The notes: a model not told the origin generated them from the sequence alone. A DNA stretch of 32,000 nucleotides from Vibrio alginolyticus NBRC 15630 = ATCC 17749 (GCF_000354175.2 NC_022349.1:2970001-3002000); one strand, 5' to 3'; counted from the stretch's first letter, positions 19,380-28,781 are shown. Numbers and translations are program-made.

Positions 19380-20648
19380 GTGGCAAAAACAATTCAAGCA
19401 ATTCGAGGCATGAACGATTGCCTCCCAACTCAGTCGCCACTGTGGCAAAAACTAGAAAACACAGTGAAAAATGTAATTAGCGCATACGGTTATAACGAAG
19501 TGCGCATGCCAATCGTTGAAGAAACAAACCTATTCAGCCGCGCTGTTGGTGAAGAAACAGACGTCGTTTCAAAAGAAATGTACACCTTTGATGACCGTAA
19601 CGGCGACAGCCTAACACTTCGCCCTGAAGGTACGGCGGGTTGTGTACGTTCATGTATTCAAAACAGCCTTATCAACCGTGATGAACAGCGTCTGTGGTAC
19701 ATGGGGCCTATGTTCCGCCATGAACGTCCGCAGAAAGGTCGTTACCGTCAATTCCACCAGTGTGGTGTTGAGGTGTTTGGTCTAAATGGTCCAGATGTTG
19801 ATGCAGAGCTTATCATGATGACGGCGCGTTTATGGCGTGAGCTAGGTATCAATGAACATGTTCGTCTTGAGCTGAACTCTATCGGTTCTCAAGAAGACCG
19901 CGCAGACTACCGTACTGCACTGGTTGCATTCCTTGAGCAACATATTGATGTGCTAGATGAAGATTGTAAGCGTCGCATGCACACGAACCCACTGCGTGTT
20001 CTGGATACGAAGAACCCAGACGTTCAAGCTATTTTAGGTGATGCGCCTCGCCTTTCAGATTACTTGGGTGAAGAATCTAAAGCACACTTCGCAGGTCTAT
20101 GTGAACTTTTAGACGCTGCAGGTATCAAATACACAGTTAACGAACGTCTAGTTCGTGGTCTGGATTACTACAATCGCACGGTATTTGAGTGGATCACTGA
20201 GAGCCTAGGTGCTCAAGGCACTGTATGTGGCGGTGGTCGTTACGATGGCCTTGTAGAACAATTAGGTGGTAAACCAACACCAGCGGTTGGCTTTGCAATG
20301 GGCCTAGAGCGTCTAGTACTGATGCTAGAAACGTTGGAACTGACAGACGTTCGTCGCAGTGTTGACGTGTACGTAGTCACTGCGGGTGAAGGCACCATGA
20401 TGGCAGGAATGAAGCTAGCAGAACAGCTTCGCGAGTCTGTTCCAGGCGTTCGTGTGATGAATCACTTCGGTGGCGGTAACTTCAAGAAACAGTTTAAACG
20501 CGCAGACAAAGTTGGTGCTGTTGTAGCATTGGTTCTGGGCGAAAACGAAGTTGCGGATAATACCGTAGTACTGAAAGACTTAGCTGGTGGTGAGCAAGAG
20601 ACTTACAACCAAGCAGAAGTTGCAGAAAAGATCGCAGCACTGATTTAA
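19380..20648 (+). CDS. hisS: Histidine--tRNA ligase
   Basis: 422 aa with a GTG start. [64 protein letters not shown]. Colinear with recalled E. coli HisS. Confidence 0.98.
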   Translation: MAKTIQAIRGMNDCLPTQSPLWQKLENTVKNVISAYGYNEVRMPIVEETNLFSRAVGEETDVVSKEMYTFDDRNGDSLTLRPEGTAGCVRSCIQNSLINRDEQRLWYMGPMFRHERPQKGRYRQFHQCGVEVFGLNGPDVDAELIMMTARLWRELGINEHVRLELNSIGSQEDRADYRTALVAFLEQHIDVLDEDCKRRMHTNPLRVLDTKNPDVQAILGDAPRLSDYLGEESKAHFAGLCELLDAAGIKYTVNERLVRGLDYYNRTVFEWITESLGAQGTVCGGGRYDGLVEQLGGKPTPAVGFAMGLERLVLMLETLELTDVRRSVDVYVVTAGEGTMMAGMKLAEQLRESVPGVRVMNHFGGGNFKKQFKRADKVGAVVALVLGENEVADNTVVLKDLAGGEQETYNQAEVAEKIAALI

Positions 20649-20691
20649 GTCTTTTAGTAATCTAACAAAATTACATCCTAGTTCGTAAGCT

Positions 20692-20751
20692 AAGGCTCCC
20701 AAATGTGGAGCCTTTAAACGAAATAGGAACAATGGCAGCTAAGCTGCCATT
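20692..20751 (+). other. Two consecutive GC-rich hairpins in the hisS-yfgM spacer
   Basis: First: aaggctcc (20692-20699) pairs with ggagcctt (20707-20714). Second: aatggcagc (20731-20739) pairs with gctgccatt (20743-20751). Neither has a strong U-tract; the second is followed by tacatgtttt. Confidence 0.5.
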
Positions 20752-20774
20752 TACATGTTTTAAGAGGACAGGAA

Positions 20775-21389
20775 GTGGAACTTTACGATACTGAAGAACA
20801 ACAAGTTGAAGCCATTAAAGACTGGTGGAAGGAAAACGGCAAAGCCGTCATCATCGGTGCGGTTGTTGGTTTAGGTGGTCTATTCGGCTGGCGTTACTAC
20901 CAGGATTCTGTGATTCAGGCGAGTGAAGCAGCTTCTCAAAGCTACACGACAGCAATGAATGCTTTGCAAGACAAAGGCACTGATGCTCAAGCTGACGTGA
21001 AAGCTTTCATTGAGTCAAATGAAGTAAAAGAATATTCAGTATTGGCTGCGCTACAACTTGCTAAAGCACAAGTTGAAGCTCAAGACCTTTCTGCTGCATT
21101 GGAGCAACTGAAGTGGGCGCAAAGCAACACTCAAGATGCTGCGTTGTTACCATTGATTAGTTACCGCATTGCGCGTATTGAGACGGAAATGGGTAACTTC
21201 GACGCTGCAACGGCAGAGCTAAGTAACGTCACTGATACAGCATGGACAGGTCGTATTGCTGAACTTCGTGGCGATATTGCGATTCGCCAAGGTGACAAAG
21301 ATGCTGCGTACGCTGCGTATACTGAAGCTCAGCAAGCGGCAGATGCAAGCCCGACACTACAAATGAAATTGGACGATCTGGCGAAATAA
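20775..21389 (+). CDS. yfgM: Ancillary SecYEG translocon subunit YfgM (TPR-like, single TM)
   Basis: 204 aa with a GTG start after GAGGA. MELYDTEEQQVEAIKDWWKENGKAV plus a TM (IIGAVVGLGGLFGW) parallels recalled E. coli YfgM (MEIYENENDQVEAVKRFFAENGKAL). It lies between hisS and bamB. Confidence 0.9.
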   Translation: MELYDTEEQQVEAIKDWWKENGKAVIIGAVVGLGGLFGWRYYQDSVIQASEAASQSYTTAMNALQDKGTDAQADVKAFIESNEVKEYSVLAALQLAKAQVEAQDLSAALEQLKWAQSNTQDAALLPLISYRIARIETEMGNFDAATAELSNVTDTAWTGRIAELRGDIAIRQGDKDAAYAAYTEAQQAADASPTLQMKLDDLAK

Positions 21390-21401
21390 GGACCGCATTG
21401 G

Positions 21402-22562
21402 ATGAAAAGAGTCTTTAAGAAAGCCTTGCTAGGGGCGTTAACAATGGGAGTACTTGCCGGTTGTGCAGGTGAGAAAGACACCATTGTAATGGCGCCACTA
21501 CCTCAGGTAGACAGTCAGTTTACAACCAGTAGTGAGTGGAGCACATCGGTTGGCGATGGTGTTGGTCATTACTTTTCAAAACTATCCCCTGTATTTGCGA
21601 ATGATACATTGTTCGTGGCAAGTCGTGATGGCTTAGTAAAAGCGCTGGATCCTGAAAACGGTAAACAACGTTGGCAAACGGACCTAGAAGAAGATGTCAT
21701 TGCTCGTCTCTCTGGTGGTATCACAGCGGCATACGGAAACCTTTACATTGGCTCTGAGAATGGTGAAGTCATCTCTCTTGACCAAGAAACAGGTGAAATT
21801 GTTTGGCGTGTAAAAGTTGGTGGTGAGGTACTGGCGAAGCCAGTTGCAGATTCAGGCCTTATTATCATCAATACTAGCCGAGGCATGCTGATTGCCCTTA
21901 ATGAGAGTACAGGTGAGCAACGCTGGGCATTGAGCACAGAAGTGCCGAACTTAACTTTACGTGGCGACAGTACTCCGACTGCAATTGGCGGCGGTGTATT
22001 TTGGGGAACGGCAAATGGCCGACTCGCAGCTGCTATCGTTGAGCGTGGTCAGTTGATTTGGCAACAGCCTGTTGGTACGCCAAAAGGCGCGACAGAAATT
22101 GATCGTTTGGTTGACGTTGATTCATCGCCAATTGTGCTAGGCGGTACTCTTTTCACCATTGGATACAATGGTCAACTTATCGCCATTGACTTGCGTTCAG
22201 CGAACCCGATTTGGAAGCGTAATTACTCATCTGCGACAGACATTTCTACAGATGGTAGTCGCATCTTTGTGATAACGGAAAAAGATCATGTTGTTGCCGT
22301 TGATTCACGAAGCGGGACTGAGTTGTGGGAAAACAGCTTGCTTGAGCACCGACAACTTACAGCGCCAGTTATTGTTGGCAATTATCTCGTTGTCGGTGAC
22401 ACGCTTGGTTACCTTCACTGGATGGATCGTTCAACGGGCGAATTTGTTGCGCAGCAGTTTGTCGATGATAGCGGCTTGGCTGTTGGCCCGACGTTATTGT
22501 CGGATGGTTATGTGATTACAACTCGCAACGGCGATGTAAAGAAACTAACCATTAACGAATAA
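21402..22562 (+). CDS. bamB: Outer membrane protein assembly factor BamB (lipoprotein, beta-propeller)
   Basis: 386 aa. Lipobox LAGC in MKRVFKKALLGALTMGVLAGCAG. PLPQV.SQFT..SEWSTSVG, repeated PQQ-like blades, GYLHWMDRSTGEFVAQQ. Colinear with recalled E. coli BamB. Confidence 0.95.
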   Translation: MKRVFKKALLGALTMGVLAGCAGEKDTIVMAPLPQVDSQFTTSSEWSTSVGDGVGHYFSKLSPVFANDTLFVASRDGLVKALDPENGKQRWQTDLEEDVIARLSGGITAAYGNLYIGSENGEVISLDQETGEIVWRVKVGGEVLAKPVADSGLIIINTSRGMLIALNESTGEQRWALSTEVPNLTLRGDSTPTAIGGGVFWGTANGRLAAAIVERGQLIWQQPVGTPKGATEIDRLVDVDSSPIVLGGTLFTIGYNGQLIAIDLRSANPIWKRNYSSATDISTDGSRIFVITEKDHVVAVDSRSGTELWENSLLEHRQLTAPVIVGNYLVVGDTLGYLHWMDRSTGEFVAQQFVDDSGLAVGPTLLSDGYVITTRNGDVKKLTINE

Positions 22563-22584
22563 TATCGTGATATAATTCACATTC

Positions 22585-22620
22585 GGCTCCTGGCTGGTGA
22601 CAGCTAGGAGCCGTTTTGTT
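22585..22620 (+). terminator. Rho-independent terminator/attenuator after bamB
   Basis: ggctcctggctg (22585-22596), loop gtga, cagctaggagcc (22601-22612), with one G:U. Followed by GTTTTGTTGTTTG. Confidence 0.7.
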
Positions 22621-22729
22621 GTTTGAATTTATTAACCCTGACGTGGTTATAGGTAAAAAGCTGGTTTGATTTGGCATCGAGCAAGTCGTTACCTATAACT
22701 ACAGAAGAAAGATTATTGTAGAGGTTGTT

Positions 22730-24226
22730 ATGGTACCTGTTGTAGCTCTAGTAGGGCGTCCGAACGTAGGTAAATCTACACTATTTAACCGATTGACTCG
22801 CACTCGTGACGCGTTGGTTGCGGACTTTCCAGGCCTAACGCGAGACCGTAAATATGGCCAGGCGAGACTTGGTGAAGAGCACGAATTCATTGTGATTGAT
22901 ACTGGTGGTATCGATGGCACAGAAGAAGGCGTGGAAACAAAGATGGCAGAACAGTCATTAGCCGCGATTGATGAGGCTGATGTTGTATTGTTCCTTGTTG
23001 ACGGTCGTGCTGGTCTGACACCTTCAGATGAAGCAATTGCTGCGCATCTGCGTAAAATTGAAAAGCCAGCGATGCTGGTAGTAAACAAAATCGATGGTAT
23101 TGATGCCGATGCGGCGTGTGCTGACTTTTGGCAGCTCGGCGTGGATGATATGTACCAGATTGCGGCCGCTCATGGCCGTGGTGTGACCGCTTTGCTTGAG
23201 CGTGCTTTATCTCCATTCTTTGATGATCTACTAACAAGTGAATCTGAAGAAGGTGAGATTGAAGACCTGACTGGATTCGAAGACGAAGAGCCTCTTGTTG
23301 AAGATTACACTGAAGAAGACGCAGAAGCAGAGTTCAAACGCCTTCAAGAGCAGCCGATTAAGTTGGCGATCATCGGTCGTCCTAACGTAGGTAAATCGAC
23401 ACTGACTAACCGTATTCTGGGTGAAGAACGTGTGGTTGTATACGATATGCCTGGTACAACGCGCGATTCTATCTACATCCCGATGGAGCGTGATGGACGC
23501 GAGTACGTACTAATTGATACCGCAGGTGTTCGTCGTCGTGGTCGTATCAATGAAACGGTTGAAAAGTTCTCTGTTGTTAAGACGCTGAAAGCGGTAGAAG
23601 ATGCAAACGTCGTTCTACTGGTGATTGATGCACGTGAAAATATTTCAGACCAAGACCTAAGCTTGCTTGGTTTTGCACTGAATGCTGGCCGCTCAATTGT
23701 CATCGCCGTTAACAAGTGGGATGGTCTAGACAGTGACGTGAAAGAAAGCGTGAAGAAAGAACTGGACCGCCGTCTAGGATTCGTCGACTTCGCGCGTATC
23801 CACTTTATCTCTGCGCTGCACGGTACTGGCGTTGGTCACTTGTTTGAATCTATTCAAGAAGCATATAACTCGGCGACAACGCGTGTGGGTACGTCAGTAC
23901 TGACGCGTATCATGAAGATGGCTGTGGATGATCACCAACCGCCAATGGTTCGTGGTCGTCGTATCAAACTCAAATACGCACACGCAGGTGGTTACAACCC
24001 ACCGATCGTTGTTATCCACGGTAACATGGTTCGTGAATTGCCAGATTCGTATAAACGTTATCTGATGAACTACTTCCGTAAGTCTCTGGAAATTATGGGA
24101 ACACCGATTCGCATTAACTTCCACAACAGTGATAACCCATACGAGAACCGTACGAATAAGCTTACGCTATCACAAGAGCGTAAACGTAAGCGTATGATGT
24201 CGATGGTGAAAAACCGCAATAAATAA
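22730..24226 (+). CDS. der: Ribosome biogenesis GTPase Der (EngA)
   Basis: 498 aa. Two G domains, each with [10 protein letters not shown] ([20 protein letters not shown] and [17 protein letters not shown]), an acidic linker and a KH-like C-terminal domain. The N-terminal 40 residues are essentially identical to recalled E. coli Der. Confidence 0.98.
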   Translation: MVPVVALVGRPNVGKSTLFNRLTRTRDALVADFPGLTRDRKYGQARLGEEHEFIVIDTGGIDGTEEGVETKMAEQSLAAIDEADVVLFLVDGRAGLTPSDEAIAAHLRKIEKPAMLVVNKIDGIDADAACADFWQLGVDDMYQIAAAHGRGVTALLERALSPFFDDLLTSESEEGEIEDLTGFEDEEPLVEDYTEEDAEAEFKRLQEQPIKLAIIGRPNVGKSTLTNRILGEERVVVYDMPGTTRDSIYIPMERDGREYVLIDTAGVRRRGRINETVEKFSVVKTLKAVEDANVVLLVIDARENISDQDLSLLGFALNAGRSIVIAVNKWDGLDSDVKESVKKELDRRLGFVDFARIHFISALHGTGVGHLFESIQEAYNSATTRVGTSVLTRIMKMAVDDHQPPMVRGRRIKLKYAHAGGYNPPIVVIHGNMVRELPDSYKRYLMNYFRKSLEIMGTPIRINFHNSDNPYENRTNKLTLSQERKRKRMMSMVKNRNK

Positions 24227-24235
24227 TGAAATTCG

Positions 24236-24267
24236 AATACCCAAGTTTCTACTTGGGTATTTTTTTA
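24236..24267 (+). terminator. Rho-independent terminator of der
   Basis: aatacccaagt (24236-24246), loop ttct, acttgggtatt (24251-24261): a perfect 11-bp stem whose 3' arm runs into a T7 tract (24260-24266). It starts 10 nt after the der stop. Confidence 0.85.
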
Positions 24268-24285
24268 TCAAAAGTAATCGTAAAA

Positions 24286-25161
24286 ATGACTATCACAGCA
24301 ACAAAGACTCGTTTTTGTCATCAAACATGGCAATTAGAAGCACAAATACAGCTCGTTCAATCTACGGAAGAAGTGACTTACGTTATTACAGATGTCACGC
24401 CGTTCCATCCCGTTAGTCACATATGGCCGGATCACCCTGCAGACAAAGGAACGTTGAAGGTGAATGGGGCTGAGCATGACGTAGTAGATTGCCAAGTTGG
24501 AGCAGTGGAGCAGGAGAGTGGTGCTTTGTATGTGGGTAGTGACATCCCTGTAAAGCGTGATGCTGAAGGTTGGGTGTTTGTCGTCGTGCATGTTTTATCA
24601 CGTACGGAATCATTTGCAATTAATGACTTGGTAACATTAGCGGTAGATAAAGACTATCAAAATGCTTTGAGTCGAGGCCACACTGCAGGACACTTAGCGT
24701 ATTTGGCGTTGAATAAAGTACTATCGGAAGACTATTGGCGAAAAGACGCAGACCGCAAAGACCCACATGGTTATTATGACTTTAATAGCTATGCGCAAGT
24801 TACTAGTTATGTCACTCCAGACAAGTGCCTCGATACGTACCGTTTAGGCAAAACACTCCGTAAAAGAGGATTAAACAGTGCAGATATGCTGAATGACCTC
24901 CAGGCGATTGCAGAAAAAGTGAATGGCCAACTGGTTGAATGGCTTCAAAGAGATGCGATGATCACCATGGAATGCCACGGCGATAGATTAACGGATTCTC
25001 GCTATTGGAAGTGCGATTTAGGGGAAGGTCAATTAGCGGTAATCCCTTGTGGTGGAACGCATGCGAGCCATTTAAATGAGTTTGCTTTTATCCAAGTTAA
25101 ACTCGTTAAGCTCGACGCTCAAACTATCGAAATGCACACCAATGTAAACACTGCTTTTTGA
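24286..25161 (+). CDS. AlaX-like metal-dependent hydrolase: threonyl/alanyl-tRNA synthetase editing (tRNA_SAD) domain protein with an N-terminal AlaRS-type barrel-like region
   Basis: I trimmed from ATG 24226 to ATG 24286 (291 aa) because the upstream 60 nt are the der terminator. Zinc motifs HxxxH (HTAGH, residues 132-136) and CxxxH (CGGTH, 255-259) sit about 120 aa apart, as in AlaX/AlaRS editing domains. The N-terminal ITDVTPFHPVSHIWPDHPADKGTL resembles the LD.T.FYP..GGQ..D.G segment of COG2872-type proteins. Confidence 0.7.
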   Translation: MTITATKTRFCHQTWQLEAQIQLVQSTEEVTYVITDVTPFHPVSHIWPDHPADKGTLKVNGAEHDVVDCQVGAVEQESGALYVGSDIPVKRDAEGWVFVVVHVLSRTESFAINDLVTLAVDKDYQNALSRGHTAGHLAYLALNKVLSEDYWRKDADRKDPHGYYDFNSYAQVTSYVTPDKCLDTYRLGKTLRKRGLNSADMLNDLQAIAEKVNGQLVEWLQRDAMITMECHGDRLTDSRYWKCDLGEGQLAVIPCGGTHASHLNEFAFIQVKLVKLDAQTIEMHTNVNTAF

Positions 25162-25470
25162 ATAAGATCTTTTTATTAAATTCTGATTTTTCGTTTAATT
25201 AAATCTCTCTAGGGTTTTTTATTCTGTCTTAAATTGGAATGCAGAATATGTAACTTATGCTTTCGGTGTGTGGTTATATAAATATTCTTTTAAGGGGTGA
25301 TCGCTGATCAAGGAGTAAATATCAGACGATCAGTATAAGATCCTACGTATCAAGTATGGTTAACGCCTCGTGAAACTTGTTGGGGCGGTGATGAAGATCA
25401 ACATACTTGTTCGTTATTTTGAGTAGCATGCGTTACTCGAAATTGCTTAGTTTAGAGAGAGGAACGGGAT

Positions 25471-25695
25471 ATGCAGCAGAACATTTGCCCGACTTGCAAT
25501 GTCGAACTGGAATGGACAGGACAATACCATTGTGCACAGTGTGAATCGGATTTTAAAAAGGTAGGTTTTTGCCCTGATTGTGAGGCGGAGCTGGAGAAGC
25601 TGCAAGCATGCGGTGCTGCGAGTTACTTTTGTAATGTGTGTAATGAACTCAAATCAAAATCACGTGTCCGATTTGAGTTCCAGAAAGTCAGTTAA
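25471..25695 (+). CDS. yfgJ: Zinc-ribbon protein YfgJ family
   Basis: 74 aa with four Cys pairs (CPTC, CAQC, CPDC, CNVC). LQACGAASYFC parallels recalled E. coli YfgJ (LKACGAVDYFC). It lies between der and xseA, as yfgJ does in E. coli. Confidence 0.85.
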   Translation: MQQNICPTCNVELEWTGQYHCAQCESDFKKVGFCPDCEAELEKLQACGAASYFCNVCNELKSKSRVRFEFQKVS

Positions 25696-25708
25696 CCAGA
25701 GTTTGTAT

Positions 25709-27040
25709 TCAGTTAACGGTAGAACGAACGTCGCCTTCGGCTAACCGGGTAATCAATACATCTCCCGACTTTACATCTGAAGATTGCGTAATTACTTTAC
25801 CTTGCTCAGTTTGAGTAATTGAGTAACCTCGTTTCAATGTCGCTAGTGGGCTGACGGTGTCTAACTTCTCTGCAGCAATCGCGAGTTGATGGCGCATAGT
25901 CAGTAACTTGCGATCCATTGCATCCATGAGCTTTTGCTCAACACGTTCTAGCTTCGACTTCTGCTCGGCAAGGCGTGTTACAGGAGAATTTAATTGCAGC
26001 CGATAATGTTGACGCTCGATTCGCTGTTGACGCAAGGCAATAAAACGACTCATCGCTCGCTGTAAGCGCATGTCCAACTCATCTAACTGTTGCGTCTGAC
26101 GTTGCAAGCGATAGCTTGGGTGCTGTCTCTCTAGACGGTGCACTAATTGAGCAGATTGCTGCTTTTGTTGTGCTAGGTAGTAACGCATCGCACTCGCTAA
26201 CTTATGCTGGCGGGTAACTAAAGCTTGATCTTTGTGGCTGTTATCACGGCTTACTAGCTCAGCGGCTGCTGATGGAGTAGGCGCGCGTACGTCGGCGACA
26301 AAATCAGCTATTGTCACGTCAACTTCATGTCCAACGGCGCTAATAATAGGAATTTGGCTTGCTGCAATCGTGCGAGCTAATATCTCGTTGTTAAAGCACC
26401 ATAAGTCTTCTAATGAACCACCACCTCGGCCCACAATTAGTACATCACATTCATCACGGCTGTTAGCGCGACCAATGGCTTGTGCAATTTGAATGGCTGC
26501 GTCCTCACCTTGTACCACTGTCGGATAAATCACAACAGGTAGGGAAGGATCACGACGTTTCAATACGTCTAAGATATCGTAAAGCGCGGCACCAGTTTTC
26601 GATGTGATGACGCCAACACGTTTAGGGTGCTCAGGCAAAGATTGCTTATTGATTTGCGCGAACAACCCTTCTGCTGCAAGCTTCATTTTCAGCTCTTCAA
26701 ACTCTTGTTGAAGACGGCCATCACCTTCCGGTTGCATGCTTTCGATGATCAATTGGTAGTCACCGCGAGGCTCATAAAGAGACAGACGAGCTTTTACTAG
26801 GACTTGATTACCGTTAGCGGGTTTGAAAGTAACGCGGCGATTGTTACCACGAAACATGGCACATTTAACTTGAGCGCGAGAGTCTTTAAGAGTGAGGTAC
26901 CAGTGACCAGAGACAGGAGCTGAAAAGTTGGATATCTCTCCGACGAGCCAAACGATCCCCATTTCGTTTTCAAGGAGTAAACGAACTTCTGCGTTGAGAC
27001 GAGAAACAGTAAAGATGTTTTGATTGGTCTTGGAGAGCAC
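25709..27040 (-). CDS. xseA: Exodeoxyribonuclease VII large subunit
   Basis: The 496-aa track ORF has no internal ATG near the conserved N-terminus. I place the start at GTG (complement of 27038-27040), preceded by AAGAGA. This gives [29 protein letters not shown] (443 aa), aligned with recalled E. coli [28 protein letters not shown]. Also [58 protein letters not shown]. Confidence 0.93.
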   Translation of the reverse strand: MLSKTNQNIFTVSRLNAEVRLLLENEMGIVWLVGEISNFSAPVSGHWYLTLKDSRAQVKCAMFRGNNRRVTFKPANGNQVLVKARLSLYEPRGDYQLIIESMQPEGDGRLQQEFEELKMKLAAEGLFAQINKQSLPEHPKRVGVITSKTGAALYDILDVLKRRDPSLPVVIYPTVVQGEDAAIQIAQAIGRANSRDECDVLIVGRGGGSLEDLWCFNNEILARTIAASQIPIISAVGHEVDVTIADFVADVRAPTPSAAAELVSRDNSHKDQALVTRQHKLASAMRYYLAQQKQQSAQLVHRLERQHPSYRLQRQTQQLDELDMRLQRAMSRFIALRQQRIERQHYRLQLNSPVTRLAEQKSKLERVEQKLMDAMDRKLLTMRHQLAIAAEKLDTVSPLATLKRGYSITQTEQGKVITQSSDVKSGDVLITRLAEGDVRSTVN

Positions 27041-27080
27041 AGCTAATCTCTTAGACGTGAGTATGGAAATTAGCGGCAAT

Positions 27081-27108
27081 ATAATACATAGCAAGGGGGT
27101 AATTGCAA
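27081..27108 (-). promoter_or_regulatory. Candidate xseA promoter
   Basis: On the minus strand: TTGCAA (27108-27103), a 16-bp spacer, TATTAT (27086-27081). This is about 40 nt upstream of the GTG start and back-to-back with the guaB UP-like A/T tract. Confidence 0.3.
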
Positions 27109-27157
27109 GAAAAAAATTAAAAAATTTGTGGTCAAGCGATTGCGTTAACCGTATAAT
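27108..27157 (+). promoter_or_regulatory. Candidate guaBA promoter with UP-like A/T tract and GC-rich discriminator
   Basis: A/T tract gaaaaaaattaaaaaattt (27108-27127). -35 TGGTCA (27129-27134), a 17-bp spacer, perfect -10 TATAAT (27152-27157), then ccctccgc. This matches the UP-element, growth-rate-regulated guaB promoter described for E. coli. Confidence 0.55.
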
Positions 27158-27271
27158 CCCTCCGCAATATCTAATCCAAATGTAGCTTGTTGCTAACACA
27201 GGTTACCCTCATTATGCGAAACGATGAGATTGGATTGTTCTTTTTACTCCTCTAATTGTGAGATATTGCAA

Positions 27272-28738
27272 ATGCTAAGAATTGCCAAAGAAGCGCTGAC
27301 ATTCGATGACGTACTACTTGTGCCAGCACACTCCACCGTTCTCCCAAACACAGCTGATCTTCGCACTCAGCTAACTAAGAACATCACCCTAAACATCCCA
27401 ATGATTTCAGCGTCTATGGACACTGTTACTGAAGCTCGTCTAGCAATAGCGCTAGCGCAAGAGGGTGGCATTGGCTTTATCCACAAGAACATGTCTATTG
27501 AGCAGCAGGCAGCCGAAGTTCGTAAAGTTAAGAAGTTCGAAGCTGGTATGGTAACTGACGCGGTTACTGTAAACCCTGACGCGACCATCGCTGATGTTGT
27601 TGCACTCACTGAAAAACATGGTTTTGCAGGTTTCCCTGTTGTCACTGAGAGCAATGAGCTTGTTGGTATTATCACTGGTCGTGACGTTCGTTTTGTGACG
27701 GACCTTTCTAAGAAAGTATCTTCAGTAATGACGCCAAAAGAGAAGTTGGCAGCAGTTAAAGAAGGTGCAACACGAGAAGAAGTGCAAGAGAAAATGCACG
27801 AAGCTCGTGTAGAGAAAGTATTGGTTGTGAATGATGAGTTCCAACTAACCGGTATGATTACTGCGAAAGACTTCCACAAAGCAGAACGTAAACCAAACGC
27901 ATGTAAAGATGAGCGTGGTCGCCTACGTGTTGGCGCAGCCGTTGGTGCTGGCGCTGGTAACGAAGAGCGTGTTGCTGCTCTAGTTGAAGCAGGCGTTGAC
28001 ATTCTACTTATCGACTCTTCACACGGACATTCTGAAGGTGTACTAAACCGCATCCGTGAAACTCGCGCAGCATACCCAGATCTAGACATCATCGGTGGTA
28101 ACGTAGCAACTGGTGCTGGTGCTAAAGCACTAATCGAAGCTGGTGTAAGCGCAGTGAAAGTGGGTATCGGCCCTGGTTCTATCTGTACAACTCGTATTGT
28201 AACGGGTGTGGGAGTTCCACAAATCACTGCAATCGCAGATGCGGCAGAAGTGGCTAATGATTATGGTATTCCGGTTATTGCTGACGGTGGTATCCGTTTC
28301 TCAGGTGATATCTGTAAAGCAATCGTAGCTGGCGCATCATGTGTGATGGTTGGTTCTATGTTTGCTGGTACTGAAGAAGCGCCGGGTGAAGTGATTCTAT
28401 ACAATGGCCGTTCTTACAAGTCTTACCGCGGCATGGGTTCTCTTGGTGCTATGTCTCAAGGTTCTTCTGACCGTTACTTCCAGTCTGACAACGCAGCGGA
28501 CAAGCTAGTACCAGAAGGCATTGAAGGTCGTATCGCATACAAAGGCCGTCTAAAAGAGATCGTACACCAACAAATGGGTGGTCTACGTTCAAGCATGGGT
28601 CTAACTGGTTCTGCAACTATCGAAGATATGCGTACGAAAGCTGAATTTGTACGTATCTCTGGTGCAGGTATGCAAGAGTCTCATGTACACGATGTTCAAA
28701 TTACTAAGGAAGCGCCGAACTACCGTCTAGGGAACTAA
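27272..28738 (+). CDS. guaB: IMP dehydrogenase
   Basis: I trimmed to ATG 27272 (488 aa). [30 protein letters not shown] is identical to the recalled E. coli GuaB N-terminus. CBS pair present, catalytic loop [12 protein letters not shown]-terminus NYRLGN. Confidence 0.98.
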   Translation: MLRIAKEALTFDDVLLVPAHSTVLPNTADLRTQLTKNITLNIPMISASMDTVTEARLAIALAQEGGIGFIHKNMSIEQQAAEVRKVKKFEAGMVTDAVTVNPDATIADVVALTEKHGFAGFPVVTESNELVGIITGRDVRFVTDLSKKVSSVMTPKEKLAAVKEGATREEVQEKMHEARVEKVLVVNDEFQLTGMITAKDFHKAERKPNACKDERGRLRVGAAVGAGAGNEERVAALVEAGVDILLIDSSHGHSEGVLNRIRETRAAYPDLDIIGGNVATGAGAKALIEAGVSAVKVGIGPGSICTTRIVTGVGVPQITAIADAAEVANDYGIPVIADGGIRFSGDICKAIVAGASCVMVGSMFAGTEEAPGEVILYNGRSYKSYRGMGSLGAMSQGSSDRYFQSDNAADKLVPEGIEGRIAYKGRLKEIVHQQMGGLRSSMGLTGSATIEDMRTKAEFVRISGAGMQESHVHDVQITKEAPNYRLGN

Positions 28739-28781
28739 TTACCTAACGGAAACGTTTGCTTTTTCCTTGAAGCATTAAGAA

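Noticed and set aside
27135-27150. Possible PurR box (agcgattgcgttaacc) between the guaB -35 and -10
   Set aside because: It matches the palindromic PurR consensus (ACGCAAACGTTTGCGT, as I recall it) on one half only and lacks dyad symmetry. That is not enough to call.
27367-28227. 286-aa minus-strand ORF antisense to guaB
   Set aside because: It is entirely contained within the strongly conserved guaB reading frame. Its translation is low-complexity and S/T/A/P/R-rich, as expected for the antisense of a GNN-rich gene. It has no SD or promoter, so it is a shadow ORF.
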